Counted from the stretch's first letter, positions 49,239-59,590 are shown. The stretch is DNA of 64,000 nt from an uncultured Gammaproteobacteria bacterium (GCA_963697495.1 CAVOOH010000004.1:320245-384244), one strand, 5' to 3'. Program-made: numbers and translations. The notes: a model not told the origin generated them from the letters alone.

Positions 49239-52031
49239 TCAGCGTGGCCGCTCCATACGCAACGTCGCCGGAAGTTTGTATATCGCGAGCTCCCCATTTC
49301 GCCACACCACCGGCTCGCCGTTCAACCAGGCACGGCCGCTCGCCTTGCCCGCATACGGCCACGGCAACACCAGGCCGCCGGGCGGCACCGTCAGTCCACC
49401 CGCAATCCGCAATTCAAGCCCGTCATCCCGTTCGCGCAGGCTGTAGCCGAGTTCGCCATACGGCGTGCGCAGCCGCTCGATCCCGACACCCTGCCCTTGC
49501 AGCCACGCCACGGGAATCCCCGCGGCCAGCACCAGTGCGTGGTCGCGGCCACGCTCCCAGGCGAACATGTCGTACAGCGAGCGCAGGAAGTCCGAGGCGA
49601 TCCACGCATGCGGCATGTCGCCGACGAAGCGCGGCTGGCGCGGCTCGCGGCCGACCACTTCGGCCCACTGGTTCCACGCGGCGGGGCGGCGGTCGGCGAA
49701 GAAGAAGTCCAGCAGCGGCGGCACCCGCTCGCGCCAGCCCAGCCGCACGAACGCCGCCACGTTGCGCCACTCGTACGGGGTGTAGTCGTCCCACGATTTG
49801 TCGCCATCGCGGCGCGCCACGAAACCGCGCCAGTAACGCTCGAACGTCTGCTGCAGCAAGACCGGCGGCAACCAGCTCTGCGCGTCACCGGGCGACAGCG
49901 CAATGGTGGTGGAAGTGGCGTCGAAGTCGCCCGGTTCGGCGGCGCCGGGGATGTAGTCGATGCCGTGCTGCTGCACGGCGGCCAGGATCGACGCCTGCAG
50001 GTCGGCGCGGAACTCATCGCGCGAGGCGGCCCAGCGCGCCGCCTCGTCGCGCTTGCCCATCGCGTCGGCCAGCGCCACCGCGTCGGCGTAGCCGCGCAGC
50101 GCCCAGAAGTCGTCCCAGTACGAATGCATCGGCTTGGCCGAGTAGCCTTCGTGGCTGATCGAGGCGGGCATCAGGCCGTACAGCGCCGTGCCGCGGTTCG
50201 CCGGTGCGCGTTCGCTCGCGCGAAGCTGGTCCATGTAGGCCACCGTGCGTTCGACGTGCGGCCACAGCTGCCGCAATCCGGCGAGGTCGTGGCCGTAGCG
50301 CCACCACTCGGCAATCGCGAACAGCAGCTCGCCGTGACTGTCATTCTCCGGCACCGGGTCGGAGCCGCGCGCGTCGACACAGCATGGCACCTTGCCGGTA
50401 CGGAACTGGTGCGGCGCGTACCACGACACAAACGCGCCGACGACATCGGTGTGGCCGCTGCGCAGCAGGGCCTCACTCATCATCGCGCCGTCACGGATCC
50501 ACGTGCGCGCGTACGAGCGGGTGCCCGGCTGCAGCGCGGGGCCGTCGCGCGAAACCAGCATCTGCGCCTGCGCGCTGCGCGCGGTGTCGACCAGCGCCTG
50601 CTGTGCGGCGGGCAAGCGCAGGCTCACCCGGTTGAGTTTTTCGCGCCACGCCGTCGCCACGTCATCGCGTTGCCGCTGCAGCCATGCCGTCGCGTCGGCA
50701 GGCGGTGCGAACGATGATTTGTCGGAGGGCACGACGAGCCCCAGCGTGATGGCCGAGTGCGGCGACACGGTCAGCTGGTACAGCAGCGCACCCTGCGCAT
50801 GGCCGCTGTCGTCATGCAGCGTGCGGACCTGCGGACGCTCGCCGGCGGCCAACCGCTGCGGCAACGTGACGGCGCCATGTCGGCTGGCGACGAAGGCGGC
50901 CGGCGGTTGCAGCGGCACCACCCGCAGGCCGTGATTGACCTGCACCGCCTGGCCGTCCCAGTCGAGGTCGTGGATCGGACTGATGCCGCCGGGGGTGTTG
51001 AGGAACTGGGTCGGAGGATTGACCTGGAACGGGCGCAGCAGCAGGGCCAGCGTGAGCGTTCGCGGTTGCGCGCCGTCGTTGTGCAGGCGGTATTGCAGCA
51101 GCAGGTCCGAGCGGTCCGGCGTGCCGCTGGCGAACGCCGTGGTCTCCAGCTGCAAGCCGTCGGCCTGCCAGTGCACCGTGGGAATCGGCAGGTAATCGTC
51201 CTGCAGGCTTTGCGTGGTTTTCACCGTAGCCCAGTCGATCAGGGTCTTGCCGTCGAGCAGCATCGGCTCGATCGACCAGCCGCCCTTGCGCACTTCCACC
51301 GCGCCGTCTTCGGAGACCAGCGCCGACTGCTTCGCGCCGCCGTCGACGCCGACCAGGGTCCAGTAGCTCTGCTCGCCGGAGAACCCGCGTGGATAGATGC
51401 CGCGCGGCACACGCTTGGCCTGTTGCAGCAACAGCGCGTTCGGGGTGAGTTCGGCGGGCGTCGGTTCGTTCGCCGGCGCCGGCGGCAAGGGCGTCAGCCG
51501 CAGGTTGCCGACGCACAGCTCGCCGCGTCCGCCCTGTCCGGCGTAAACGGTGAACTCGAGTGTGCGGGTCTGCCGCAGCGTGCGGTCCTTGGCCGGGCCC
51601 CAGGCGGATTCGATCTCGCGCTTGCCGGCGGTGATCGTCTGCCAGTCGTTGCCGGGCTGGAAGTGCTCGCGCCGGTACCACCACACGTTGTCGCCGCTGG
51701 CGTCGATCAGCTTCAGCTGCAGGTCGTTCGGCGGCATCGTGCCGCGCACGTCGAACGACAGTGCGTAGTTGGCGGGGAAGGTGATCGGCAGCGTGCGGCG
51801 CATCGTGGCGCCACCGGAAACGCTGTTGAAGTCGAAGTCCAGGCACAGTGCCTTGCCGTGCGCGCCGTCGGCGGGGCGCAGCGCGGTGCTGATGTCGTCG
51901 GTGCCCTCGGCTTGCCACGCACTGGGGTGGGTGAAGTCGTCGAGGGTGCGTGGCGTATCGGCAGCATGGGCCATCGAACCGAGCGCCAGCCACAGCGGGA
52001 GCAGCAAAACCGGACACAGACCGTGATGCAT
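49239..52031 (-). CDS. Secreted protein: CBM-like beta-sandwich plus (alpha/alpha)6-type putative glycoside hydrolase
   Basis: Signal peptide (…GSMAHA), ALCLDFDF-type N-domain, Pro-rich linker, YARTWIRDG, ENDSHGE, HSYWDDFW, HAWIASD. Confidence 0.75.
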   Translation of the reverse strand: MHHGLCPVLLLPLWLALGSMAHAADTPRTLDDFTHPSAWQAEGTDDISTALRPADGAHGKALCLDFDFNSVSGGATMRRTLPITFPANYALSFDVRGTMPPNDLQLKLIDASGDNVWWYRREHFQPGNDWQTITAGKREIESAWGPAKDRTLRQTRTLEFTVYAGQGGRGELCVGNLRLTPLPPAPANEPTPAELTPNALLLQQAKRVPRGIYPRGFSGEQSYWTLVGVDGGAKQSALVSEDGAVEVRKGGWSIEPMLLDGKTLIDWATVKTTQSLQDDYLPIPTVHWQADGLQLETTAFASGTPDRSDLLLQYRLHNDGAQPRTLTLALLLRPFQVNPPTQFLNTPGGISPIHDLDWDGQAVQVNHGLRVVPLQPPAAFVASRHGAVTLPQRLAAGERPQVRTLHDDSGHAQGALLYQLTVSPHSAITLGLVVPSDKSSFAPPADATAWLQRQRDDVATAWREKLNRVSLRLPAAQQALVDTARSAQAQMLVSRDGPALQPGTRSYARTWIRDGAMMSEALLRSGHTDVVGAFVSWYAPHQFRTGKVPCCVDARGSDPVPENDSHGELLFAIAEWWRYGHDLAGLRQLWPHVERTVAYMDQLRASERAPANRGTALYGLMPASISHEGYSAKPMHSYWDDFWALRGYADAVALADAMGKRDEAARWAASRDEFRADLQASILAAVQQHGIDYIPGAAEPGDFDATSTTIALSPGDAQSWLPPVLLQQTFERYWRGFVARRDGDKSWDDYTPYEWRNVAAFVRLGWRERVPPLLDFFFADRRPAAWNQWAEVVGREPRQPRFVGDMPHAWIASDFLRSLYDMFAWERGRDHALVLAAGIPVAWLQGQGVGIERLRTPYGELGYSLRERDDGLELRIAGGLTVPPGGLVLPWPYAGKASGRAWLNGEPVVWRNGELAIYKLPATLRMERPR

Positions 52032-52035
52032 GGCT

Positions 52036-52857
52036 TCAGCCCTTCACGCTGCCCAGCAGCAGCCCTTGCAGGTAGTAGCGCTGCAGCGCCAGGAACAGCA
52101 GCAGCACCGGCAAGACGGTGACCACCGAGCCGGCCATCATCAGTTCGCTGTCCTGCGAGTGTTCGCGTGCCAGCGAGGCCAGCCCGATCGGCAAGGTGTA
52201 GTGCTCTTGCCCGGTCAATACGATCAGTGGCCACATGAAGTCGTTCCACGCGGCGAGGAAAGTGAAGATCGCCAGCGTCACCACAATGGGTTTGAGCAGC
52301 GGCAGCACGATCTGCGCAAAGATGCGCCACTCGCCGGCGCCGTCGATGCGTGCGGCCTCCAGCAGTTCGTCCGGAATGCCGCGCGTGTACTGGCGCACCA
52401 GGAAAATGCCGAACACCGTGGCCAGCGCCGGCACGACCACGCCGGCGTAGCTGTTGACCAGGCCGAGGTACTTCAGCAGCAGAAACAGCGGCAGCATTGC
52501 CACCTGGGCGGGGATCACCAGCGCGCCGAGCAGCGCCTGGAACAGGCGCTCGCGGCCGGCGAAGCGCAGCTTGGCGAAGGCGTAGCCGGCCATCAGGTTG
52601 CACACCAGCGACAGCGCGGTGATTGCGCCGGCGACCAGCACGCTGTTGAGCATGTAGCGGCCCATGCCGGCGCGCACGAACAGCTCGCGGTAGTTCGCCC
52701 AGCTGGGGTGTTTCGGCAGCAGCGCCGGCGGCAGTGCGCTGGCCTCGCCCGGCGCCATGAACGACACCGACAGCATCCACAGCAGCGGAAACAGCGCGAC
52801 CACTGCAACGCCGATCAGCAGGCCGTTGATCATGGCCTTCGCCAGCCGCGGGTTCAT
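52036..52857 (-). CDS. Carbohydrate ABC transporter permease (MalG type)
   Basis: IPDELLEAARIDGA EAA loop, WNDFMWPL. Confidence 0.93.
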   Translation of the reverse strand: MNPRLAKAMINGLLIGVAVVALFPLLWMLSVSFMAPGEASALPPALLPKHPSWANYRELFVRAGMGRYMLNSVLVAGAITALSLVCNLMAGYAFAKLRFAGRERLFQALLGALVIPAQVAMLPLFLLLKYLGLVNSYAGVVVPALATVFGIFLVRQYTRGIPDELLEAARIDGAGEWRIFAQIVLPLLKPIVVTLAIFTFLAAWNDFMWPLIVLTGQEHYTLPIGLASLAREHSQDSELMMAGSVVTVLPVLLLFLALQRYYLQGLLLGSVKG

Positions 52858-53732
52858 GTCTCGTCTCCACGCTGCGACAGCTTCACCATCAGCACGGTCA
52901 CCGCAAACATGAGCAGGAACAGCAGGAACGCCACCGCCGAGGCGGAGCCGAGGTTCCACCACTTGAAGCCCTCGTCGTACATCAGGTACAGCACGCTCAC
53001 CGTACTCTGCAGCGGCCCGCCCTCGGTCATCACGTAGGGCTCGGCGAACAGCTGGAAATAGCCCGACACGGTAAGGATGCCGACCATCAGCATGGTGGGT
53101 TTGAGCATCGGCAGGGTGATGTGGCGGAACTGCCGCCACGCCGAGGCGCCGTCGATGCGCGCGGCTTCGTACAGGTCCGGCGGAATCGCCTGCAGCCCGG
53201 CCAGGAAGATGATCATGTTGTAGCCGAAGTTCTTCCACACCGCGAACAGGATGATCGTCGGCATCGCCCAGTGCGGATCGCCCAGCCAGTCGATCGGATG
53301 GATGCCGACCAGGCCCAGCACGTAGTTCGCCATGCCGTACTTGGTGTTGAACAGGTAACGCCAGATCACCGCCACCGCCACCACGGTGGTCACCACCGGC
53401 GCGAACAGCGCGGTGCGGAACAGCGGCTTGCAGCGTGCCAGCGGCGAGTTGAGCAGCATGGCCGCGCCGAGCGAGGCGCCCATCGACAGCGGCACGCCCA
53501 CCGCCACGAAATACACCGTGTGGCCGAGCGCCGACCAGAACAGCGGGCGATGCAGCAGCTCCCAGTAGTTGGCGAAACCGACGAAGCGCAGGTTGCGGAT
53601 GTCGGCCAGCGCGTAGAGGTCGTAGTCGGTCAGGCTGAGCACCAGCGCGGCCAGCACCGGCAGCAGGAAGAATACGCCCAGCACGACCAGTGCCGGGGCG
53701 AGGAACAGCCAGGCATTGCGTTGCGGGCTCAT
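52854..53732 (-). CDS. Carbohydrate ABC transporter permease (MalF type)
   Basis: FVGFANY, LYEAARIDGA; overlaps both neighbours by 4 bp. Confidence 0.93.
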   Translation of the reverse strand: MSPQRNAWLFLAPALVVLGVFFLLPVLAALVLSLTDYDLYALADIRNLRFVGFANYWELLHRPLFWSALGHTVYFVAVGVPLSMGASLGAAMLLNSPLARCKPLFRTALFAPVVTTVVAVAVIWRYLFNTKYGMANYVLGLVGIHPIDWLGDPHWAMPTIILFAVWKNFGYNMIIFLAGLQAIPPDLYEAARIDGASAWRQFRHITLPMLKPTMLMVGILTVSGYFQLFAEPYVMTEGGPLQSTVSVLYLMYDEGFKWWNLGSASAVAFLLFLLMFAVTVLMVKLSQRGDET

Positions 53733-55048
53733 GGCGTGGACTCCCGGCTGTGGTCGGGTTGCGCATGGTCGAGCACCCAGCGGCGCTTGGCCAGGATCGC
53801 GTCGGCGCGCCGGTTGATCTCGGCGGCGGCCTGGTCGATCGTCAGCCGGCCGGCGATCGCCTGCGCGGCGACCAGCTGCATCTCGTTGGCGATGCGCTCC
53901 CACTCCGGCACCGGCGGGGTCGGCCTCACCTGCTCCAGCTGCTCGCGGAATGCGCGCGCCTTCGGGTCGTCGCGCAGCGCGCCGCCTTCCCATGAACTGC
54001 GCCGCGGTGGCATGTCGCCGAGCAGGTCGTAGAACTGCTGCTGCACCGCCGGTTGCGACAGGTATTCGATCAGCTGCCAGGCGGCGTCTTTGTGCTTCGA
54101 GGCGCGGAAGATCACCAGACTGGAGCCGCCGGCCACGCCGATGCCGGCGCCGTCCGGGCCGGGCAGCGGCGCGGTGGCCCAGTCATCCTGCTGGGCGGCG
54201 GGCAGGCGCGAGCGGAACTCGCCGATGTTCCACGGCCCGGACAGGTAGAACGCGTACACGCCGCGGCCGAATTCCGTCCATGGGTTGCCGGCCTCGACGT
54301 TGGTGATCGCCGGCGCCTGGCGCAGCCGGAACGTGTCGACATAGAACGCCAGTGCGCGCTTGAAACCGGCGCTCTCGAAGTTGCCGTAGCGGCCGCCGTC
54401 GCGCAGCAGCGGTTCGGGTTGCTGCAGCGCCAGCGACATCAGCTGTTCGTATTCGTTGGTCGGCAGCAGGATGCCGTAGCGATGATGCGAGGGATCGCTC
54501 AGCGCGGCGAGCTGGCGGCGCCACTCGGCCCAGTTGTGCGGCGGCACGTCGAAGCCGGCTTTCTCAAGCAGGTCCTTGCGGTAGAACAGCAGCCGCGTAT
54601 CGACGTACCACGGCACGCCGTACAGGGTGCCGTCGATCACGTTGGTGGCCCAGATGCTGGCGAAGTAGTCGTGCGGCTGCACCACCGTCGAATGGTCCAC
54701 GCGCGCCTGCAGCGGCTCCAGCGCGTGCAGCGCCGCCAGCTCGGGCAGCCAGGTGTTGCCGAGTTGGCTGAGGTCCGGCGTGGAGCTGCCGGCGAATGCG
54801 GTGAGCAGTTTCTGGTGCGCTGCGGTCAGCGGCAGCTGCTGCACTTTCACGTGGATGTCCGGGTGCGCGCGCTCGAACGCCGGCAGCAGCTGGATGATCG
54901 CCTCGCCCTCGCGGCCGATCGTCCAGAACGTGAGTTGCTGCTGCCCGGCCGGCGCCGGCGCGCAGCCGCCCAGCAGAACGCCGCACAAGGCGATCCCGGC
55001 CAGCAGCATGCCGCGCCGCGATCGCTGCGGGCGCGCCCCGCCGGTCAT
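53729..55048 (-). CDS. Sugar ABC transporter substrate-binding lipoprotein
   Basis: Lipobox LGGC, FERAHPDIHVKV, LYGVPWYVDTRLLFYRKDLL. Confidence 0.92.
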   Translation of the reverse strand: MTGGARPQRSRRGMLLAGIALCGVLLGGCAPAPAGQQQLTFWTIGREGEAIIQLLPAFERAHPDIHVKVQQLPLTAAHQKLLTAFAGSSTPDLSQLGNTWLPELAALHALEPLQARVDHSTVVQPHDYFASIWATNVIDGTLYGVPWYVDTRLLFYRKDLLEKAGFDVPPHNWAEWRRQLAALSDPSHHRYGILLPTNEYEQLMSLALQQPEPLLRDGGRYGNFESAGFKRALAFYVDTFRLRQAPAITNVEAGNPWTEFGRGVYAFYLSGPWNIGEFRSRLPAAQQDDWATAPLPGPDGAGIGVAGGSSLVIFRASKHKDAAWQLIEYLSQPAVQQQFYDLLGDMPPRRSSWEGGALRDDPKARAFREQLEQVRPTPPVPEWERIANEMQLVAAQAIAGRLTIDQAAAEINRRADAILAKRRWVLDHAQPDHSRESTP

Positions 55049-56538
55049 TTTTCCGCTGTCCGCGCGCCCAGCCAGCCGCCCTCGAAGCCGGCGCGCTCAA
55101 GTCCCTTGCGGATGTACGGGTTCTTCTTCATCACGTCCCACACGAAATCACTGCGCCAGTTCTCGATCATCAGCACGATCGGGCCCTGGTCAATGCCCAG
55201 GTACACATTGTCGACCCAGCCCATCGGCATCAACTTGCCGGTGCGCAACTGGGTCCGCACGTGGAAGCTGGGGTTGAACGCGTCGATGAAGCCGTAGCTG
55301 CCGTAGATGTCCTTGCCGTAGCGCCGCTTCATCTCCTCCAGCGCGGGGATCACCAGCTCCGGCGCGAACGCGATCGAGCCGCCCGCCGCGGTCGGCGCGA
55401 TGGTGCCGTCGTCCACCGCCCAGCCGAGCCCGGCGCCGCGGGCGGTGTAGCCGTGGAACTCGCGCCGGCCCTGGCCCTCGACGATGACGCCGCCGGGGCC
55501 GTTGCTCGCGGTCAGCCCCCACACGTTCGGGCCGTAGCCGGTCCAGCCGCCCGGGTTGGCGATCGCGTAGTTGCGCTGGGCGATCACCGCGCGGCGGCTG
55601 TTCTCGAAGTAGTCGAGGCCGTGTTCGCGGTTCCAGGCGTCGCGGATGCCGCGGAAGTCGATCCACACGTGGCTGTACTGGTGGCCGAACATCGGCCCGA
55701 AATTCAGCAACTGCTCGCCGTGGAACTTGCCCCAGTGGCGGTCGTAGGTGCTCGTCCATGCGCGCCACGCATCGGTGCCGACCGGATGGGTGGGCGAGCC
55801 CAGCGCCAGCACGTACAACAGCATGGCCTCGTTGTAGCCCTCCCAGTCGTGCGGGATGAACTTGCCTTCCGGCGTCCAGCCCATGCTGACCAGCGGCGGA
55901 CGCGCCTGCGCCCAGGTCCAGTCGACGCGGCGGTAGATGCGGTCGGCCAGTTCGCGGATCTCGTGTTCGGCCGGCGTGTCGCGGTCGTAGTACGACTGCG
56001 CGAACAGCACGCCGCCAAGCAGCAAAGTGGTGTCAACGGTGGACAGCTCGGTCCAGCGCGCGAAACGCTTGCCGCTGTCCATGTCGAGGAAGTGGTAGAA
56101 GAAGCCGCGGTAGCCGCTGGCGTCGTCTTCACTGTCGTTCTGCGGCGCGGTGTCGAAGAAGCGCAGGGTGGCCAGGGTGCGTCCGATCGCCTGCTCGCGC
56201 GTGATGTAGCCGCGCTCCACGCCCACCCCGTAGGCGGTCAGGCCGAAGCCGACCGCGGCGATGCTGGAGAAGGACTTGCCCGGGTAGTGGTCGGGGATCA
56301 GCCCGTTGGCGGGGTTGGCGCTGTCCCAGAAGAAGCGGAAGCTGCGCTGCTCGAGGTCGTTGACCAGCGCCGGAACGACCGGTGCGCTGGTTTGCGCAGG
56401 GAGGGCCGGGCGCGCCTGCCAGGCGGGACTGGCCGGGGCAGTGACAACCAGGGCGAGGCCGAGCAGGAACGAGGAAAGCCACGCGGGCCGGTGCGAGAAC
56501 ATCATGATGGGTCTGCCGTACTTTGCGTTTGCAGCCAT
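55045..56538 (-). CDS. GH144-like (glycoamylase domain) endo-beta-1,2-glucanase; start uncertain (56538 or 56505)
   Basis: SSIAAVGFGL, GFFYHF, WEGYNEA, FGHQYSHVWIDFRG, WGLTA, DDGTIAPTA, LGIDQGP..MIEN; signal peptide. Confidence 0.8.
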   Translation of the reverse strand: MAANAKYGRPIMMFSHRPAWLSSFLLGLALVVTAPASPAWQARPALPAQTSAPVVPALVNDLEQRSFRFFWDSANPANGLIPDHYPGKSFSSIAAVGFGLTAYGVGVERGYITREQAIGRTLATLRFFDTAPQNDSEDDASGYRGFFYHFLDMDSGKRFARWTELSTVDTTLLLGGVLFAQSYYDRDTPAEHEIRELADRIYRRVDWTWAQARPPLVSMGWTPEGKFIPHDWEGYNEAMLLYVLALGSPTHPVGTDAWRAWTSTYDRHWGKFHGEQLLNFGPMFGHQYSHVWIDFRGIRDAWNREHGLDYFENSRRAVIAQRNYAIANPGGWTGYGPNVWGLTASNGPGGVIVEGQGRREFHGYTARGAGLGWAVDDGTIAPTAAGGSIAFAPELVIPALEEMKRRYGKDIYGSYGFIDAFNPSFHVRTQLRTGKLMPMGWVDNVYLGIDQGPIVLMIENWRSDFVWDVMKKNPYIRKGLERAGFEGGWLGARTAEK

Positions 56539-56640
56539 GCGAACCCGTACCTCCGCACGGGTTCGCATGGCTATTCAGACGTCCGCCCGCAAGCTGCGGG
56601 CGGACGGGTGAAGCGGCGATGCTGCAGGTGCCGCGGTGGA

Positions 56641-59466
56641 TCAGAACGTGTAGCGCGCGCCGACCTGGAAGCGGCGGGTCTGGTTCGGGTCGGCGCCGGT
56701 GGCCTGGCCGAAGTTGGGGTCGTAGAAACTGCCGTTGTAGCCGTTGATGACGTCGCGGTTGAATACGTTGAACACGTCGAAGCGCAACTGCAGCGCCTGG
56801 CTCTGGCCCCAGCGGAACTCCTTGGAGACGGCCAGATCGAGGTTGATGTACTTGCGACCGTATTCTGCATTGTGGAAATAGCTGCAGTTGTAGTCACAGG
56901 TGGCGGTGCCCTTGAACACGTCGAACGGCGCGCCCGAGTTGTAGGTGAAGATGCCGCTGAAACGGGTATCCCACGGCCCGTGCACCTGGCCGCTGATCAC
57001 CAGATTGTGCTTCGGGCCGACATGGTCAGCGGGGTAGCCGGCCGGATTGACGTAGTCGAGCGAGTAGTTGTCGTTGCCCTGCTGGCGCGCCCGCTGATAG
57101 GTGTAGGCCACGTCCAGGCCCCAGCCGGAGGCCGTGGTGTACGGCTTGCTCACGCTGACCAGCACGCTGCTGGCCTGGGTCTTCTTGTAGCCGTTGGTCA
57201 GCACCACGCCGTACGGACTGCCCGGCATGATGTCGAGATTGAAGCCGGGCGTGGTCAGGCGGTTGCCCCAGAGCCAGGTGAACTGGCGATAGCCGAGTAC
57301 GCGGCTCAGGGTCAGCGAACCGGTCCAGTCACCCAGGACCTGCTTCACGCCGACGCTGAACTGGTCGGTGTACGGCGACTTGGTGTGGTTGTTGATCGTG
57401 TCGATTTCCTGGCTGAAACCGGCCGTGCCGGAAGCCAGCAGCTGGTCGAGCCCCGCGGCGGAGAGATATTTCGGATCCCATGCGATCGTTCCCGGCGTGA
57501 CGCCGCCGGGGCTGAACAGGAATGTGTAGTTCGGCACCTGCGCGTGGATCGGCTCCTGGCTGATCCAGTCGAACGGCGTGCGCGAGTAATAACGGCCGGC
57601 GCCGCCGAACAGGGTCGTGCTCTGATCGCCATCTTTGCTGAGGTCCAGCGAGAAGCCAACGCGCGGCTGGATCTGGTCCTTTTCCGGCTTGCGTTCATGC
57701 CCGGTGCTGATGTTGGCCTGCAGGCCCAGATATTCGAGCGTCGGAATCTGCGCCGTGGGCGTCACGTAGTGGTTGTTGAGCGCGTTCGTCTCGTAATCCC
57801 AGCGCACGCCCAGATTGAGCTGCAGGCGCTGGGTGACGTCCCAGTCATCCTGGAGGTACACGCCCAGCTGGTTGTCATGTAGTTGCGCGCCGGTGCCCAG
57901 CGGCGCGTAGACCGCGCGATAGGGGCTGTCGAAGCCACCCGGATAGGCCGCGCCGATCTGGTAGTTGTAGGACGGCACGGCGTTGTTGTTCTGCAGCAGG
58001 TTGATGCGGTAGCTGGAGTATTTGACGCCCATCTTCACGGTGTGGTCGCCGTGCCAGGACAAACCGGTGAGGGTCAGATCGTCGCGCAGGGTGGTCTGGT
58101 CCTGCGACTTGTTCTGCAAACCGGAAGCGCCGCCGAGGATGGCGATGTTCGGTTCGTAGATCTGCTGGATCAGGTTCGGTTCGGCTGCCGTCGGGTTGAA
58201 TTTGTAGCGACCGCTGTCGAGCAGCAGGTCGTTGGTCCAGTTGTCGCCGAACGAGCTCCACTTCAGCAGCAGGTCGCTGACATCGTTGTTGCGCTCGGTG
58301 CGCCCCTGGTAGGTCGTCGTGCCGCCGAAGCCGAGGATTTCCTTGTCCTTGCGGTCGGAGTAGCTGAGATCGATGCTGTTGTTCTCGTTGGGCTGCCAGC
58401 TCAACTTGCCGAACCAGGATTTTTCATTGAACGGCGCGGCGAAGGTGCCGTTGTACTGCTGGAAGCGCGGATCGATGATCGAGACGTTCTGGTTGTTGAC
58501 GTCCTTGCGCTCCTCGTAGTTGATGAAGAACAGCAGTTCGTCCTTGAAGATCGGACCGCCAAGATTGAAGCCGCGCTGCTGGCGCTTGTAGTCGGGCTTC
58601 TTCACGTGATTCTTCTTGTCGAAGGAATCCTGCGCGATCATCGACTGGTTCTGGAAATAGTCGTAGATCGTGCCGTGAAACTCGTTGCTGCCGGACTTGG
58701 TGATGGCCGTGATGACGGCCGTGCCTGCCTGCTCGTACTCGGCCTTGTAGTTCTGGGTCAGCACGCGATATTCGGCGATCGCCTCCTGCGAGAAGGGATT
58801 GCCGCGGCTGGAGTCCTGTCCGACCAGGCCACCCTTGAGGATGTCGTTGCGCTGGCTGGCGCCGTCGATGAAAACGTTTACATTCTCGGCTGATTGACCG
58901 CCCGAGGAAAACGATTTCTGGGTGGGGTCGTGCGAAATGGTGACGCCTGGCACCAGTTGGGCGAAGTCGAGGAAGTTGCGTTCGTTCTGCGGCAGGTTGG
59001 CGATCTGCGCTTGCGAGATGTTTTGCGCCACTTCCGACGTGCGTGTTTCAACCAGCGAGGTAGCGCTGACGGTGACCCCCTGCAGATTGGTGGCTTTGGC
59101 GGAGCTGGGGGCCGGCGCGGCGGAAGAGACGTCGAGATTCAGATTGAGCGATTGGCCCACGTGCACGGTGACGGTCTGGCTTGCCGTGCTGCCGTTGCCG
59201 CTGGCCACGATGTTGTAGCTGCCAGGAGCCAGGCTTACCAGGGTGTAGTTGCCGTCGGCGCTGACCTTTGCCTTGTTGACGAAGCCGGTGGCGGTATTGG
59301 TGGCGACGACGTCGGTCGGCATCTGCCCCTGCGGTGCGGTGATGTGGCCGCGCAGAGTCGCCTTGCTGTTCTGGGCGCTGGCGATGCCAGGTACTAGAAG
59401 CGTAGTGACGAGCAGGCCGGCGAAAGCCAGCGAGATCTGTCTGGATAGCATGCGTTGATTGACCAT
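56641..59466 (-). CDS. TonB-dependent receptor with N-terminal extension (Oar-like)
   Basis: Signal peptide, carboxypeptidase-regulatory-like N-domain, plug (YKAEY..AGTAVITAITKSGSN), YLQDDW, C-terminal RYTF. Confidence 0.92.
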   Translation of the reverse strand: MVNQRMLSRQISLAFAGLLVTTLLVPGIASAQNSKATLRGHITAPQGQMPTDVVATNTATGFVNKAKVSADGNYTLVSLAPGSYNIVASGNGSTASQTVTVHVGQSLNLNLDVSSAAPAPSSAKATNLQGVTVSATSLVETRTSEVAQNISQAQIANLPQNERNFLDFAQLVPGVTISHDPTQKSFSSGGQSAENVNVFIDGASQRNDILKGGLVGQDSSRGNPFSQEAIAEYRVLTQNYKAEYEQAGTAVITAITKSGSNEFHGTIYDYFQNQSMIAQDSFDKKNHVKKPDYKRQQRGFNLGGPIFKDELLFFINYEERKDVNNQNVSIIDPRFQQYNGTFAAPFNEKSWFGKLSWQPNENNSIDLSYSDRKDKEILGFGGTTTYQGRTERNNDVSDLLLKWSSFGDNWTNDLLLDSGRYKFNPTAAEPNLIQQIYEPNIAILGGASGLQNKSQDQTTLRDDLTLTGLSWHGDHTVKMGVKYSSYRINLLQNNNAVPSYNYQIGAAYPGGFDSPYRAVYAPLGTGAQLHDNQLGVYLQDDWDVTQRLQLNLGVRWDYETNALNNHYVTPTAQIPTLEYLGLQANISTGHERKPEKDQIQPRVGFSLDLSKDGDQSTTLFGGAGRYYSRTPFDWISQEPIHAQVPNYTFLFSPGGVTPGTIAWDPKYLSAAGLDQLLASGTAGFSQEIDTINNHTKSPYTDQFSVGVKQVLGDWTGSLTLSRVLGYRQFTWLWGNRLTTPGFNLDIMPGSPYGVVLTNGYKKTQASSVLVSVSKPYTTASGWGLDVAYTYQRARQQGNDNYSLDYVNPAGYPADHVGPKHNLVISGQVHGPWDTRFSGIFTYNSGAPFDVFKGTATCDYNCSYFHNAEYGRKYINLDLAVSKEFRWGQSQALQLRFDVFNVFNRDVINGYNGSFYDPNFGQATGADPNQTRRFQVGARYTF

Positions 59467-59590
59467 GACCCTCTCCCGTAAATCGTTGCAAGAAATTCGG
59501 ACTGTCTGCTGTCACGTTGCTGCGGTGCTGCCCGTAAGCCGGAACGCCCCTTCGATCCGTTCACGCGAACCGCTTCGTGTCGACGCGGTT

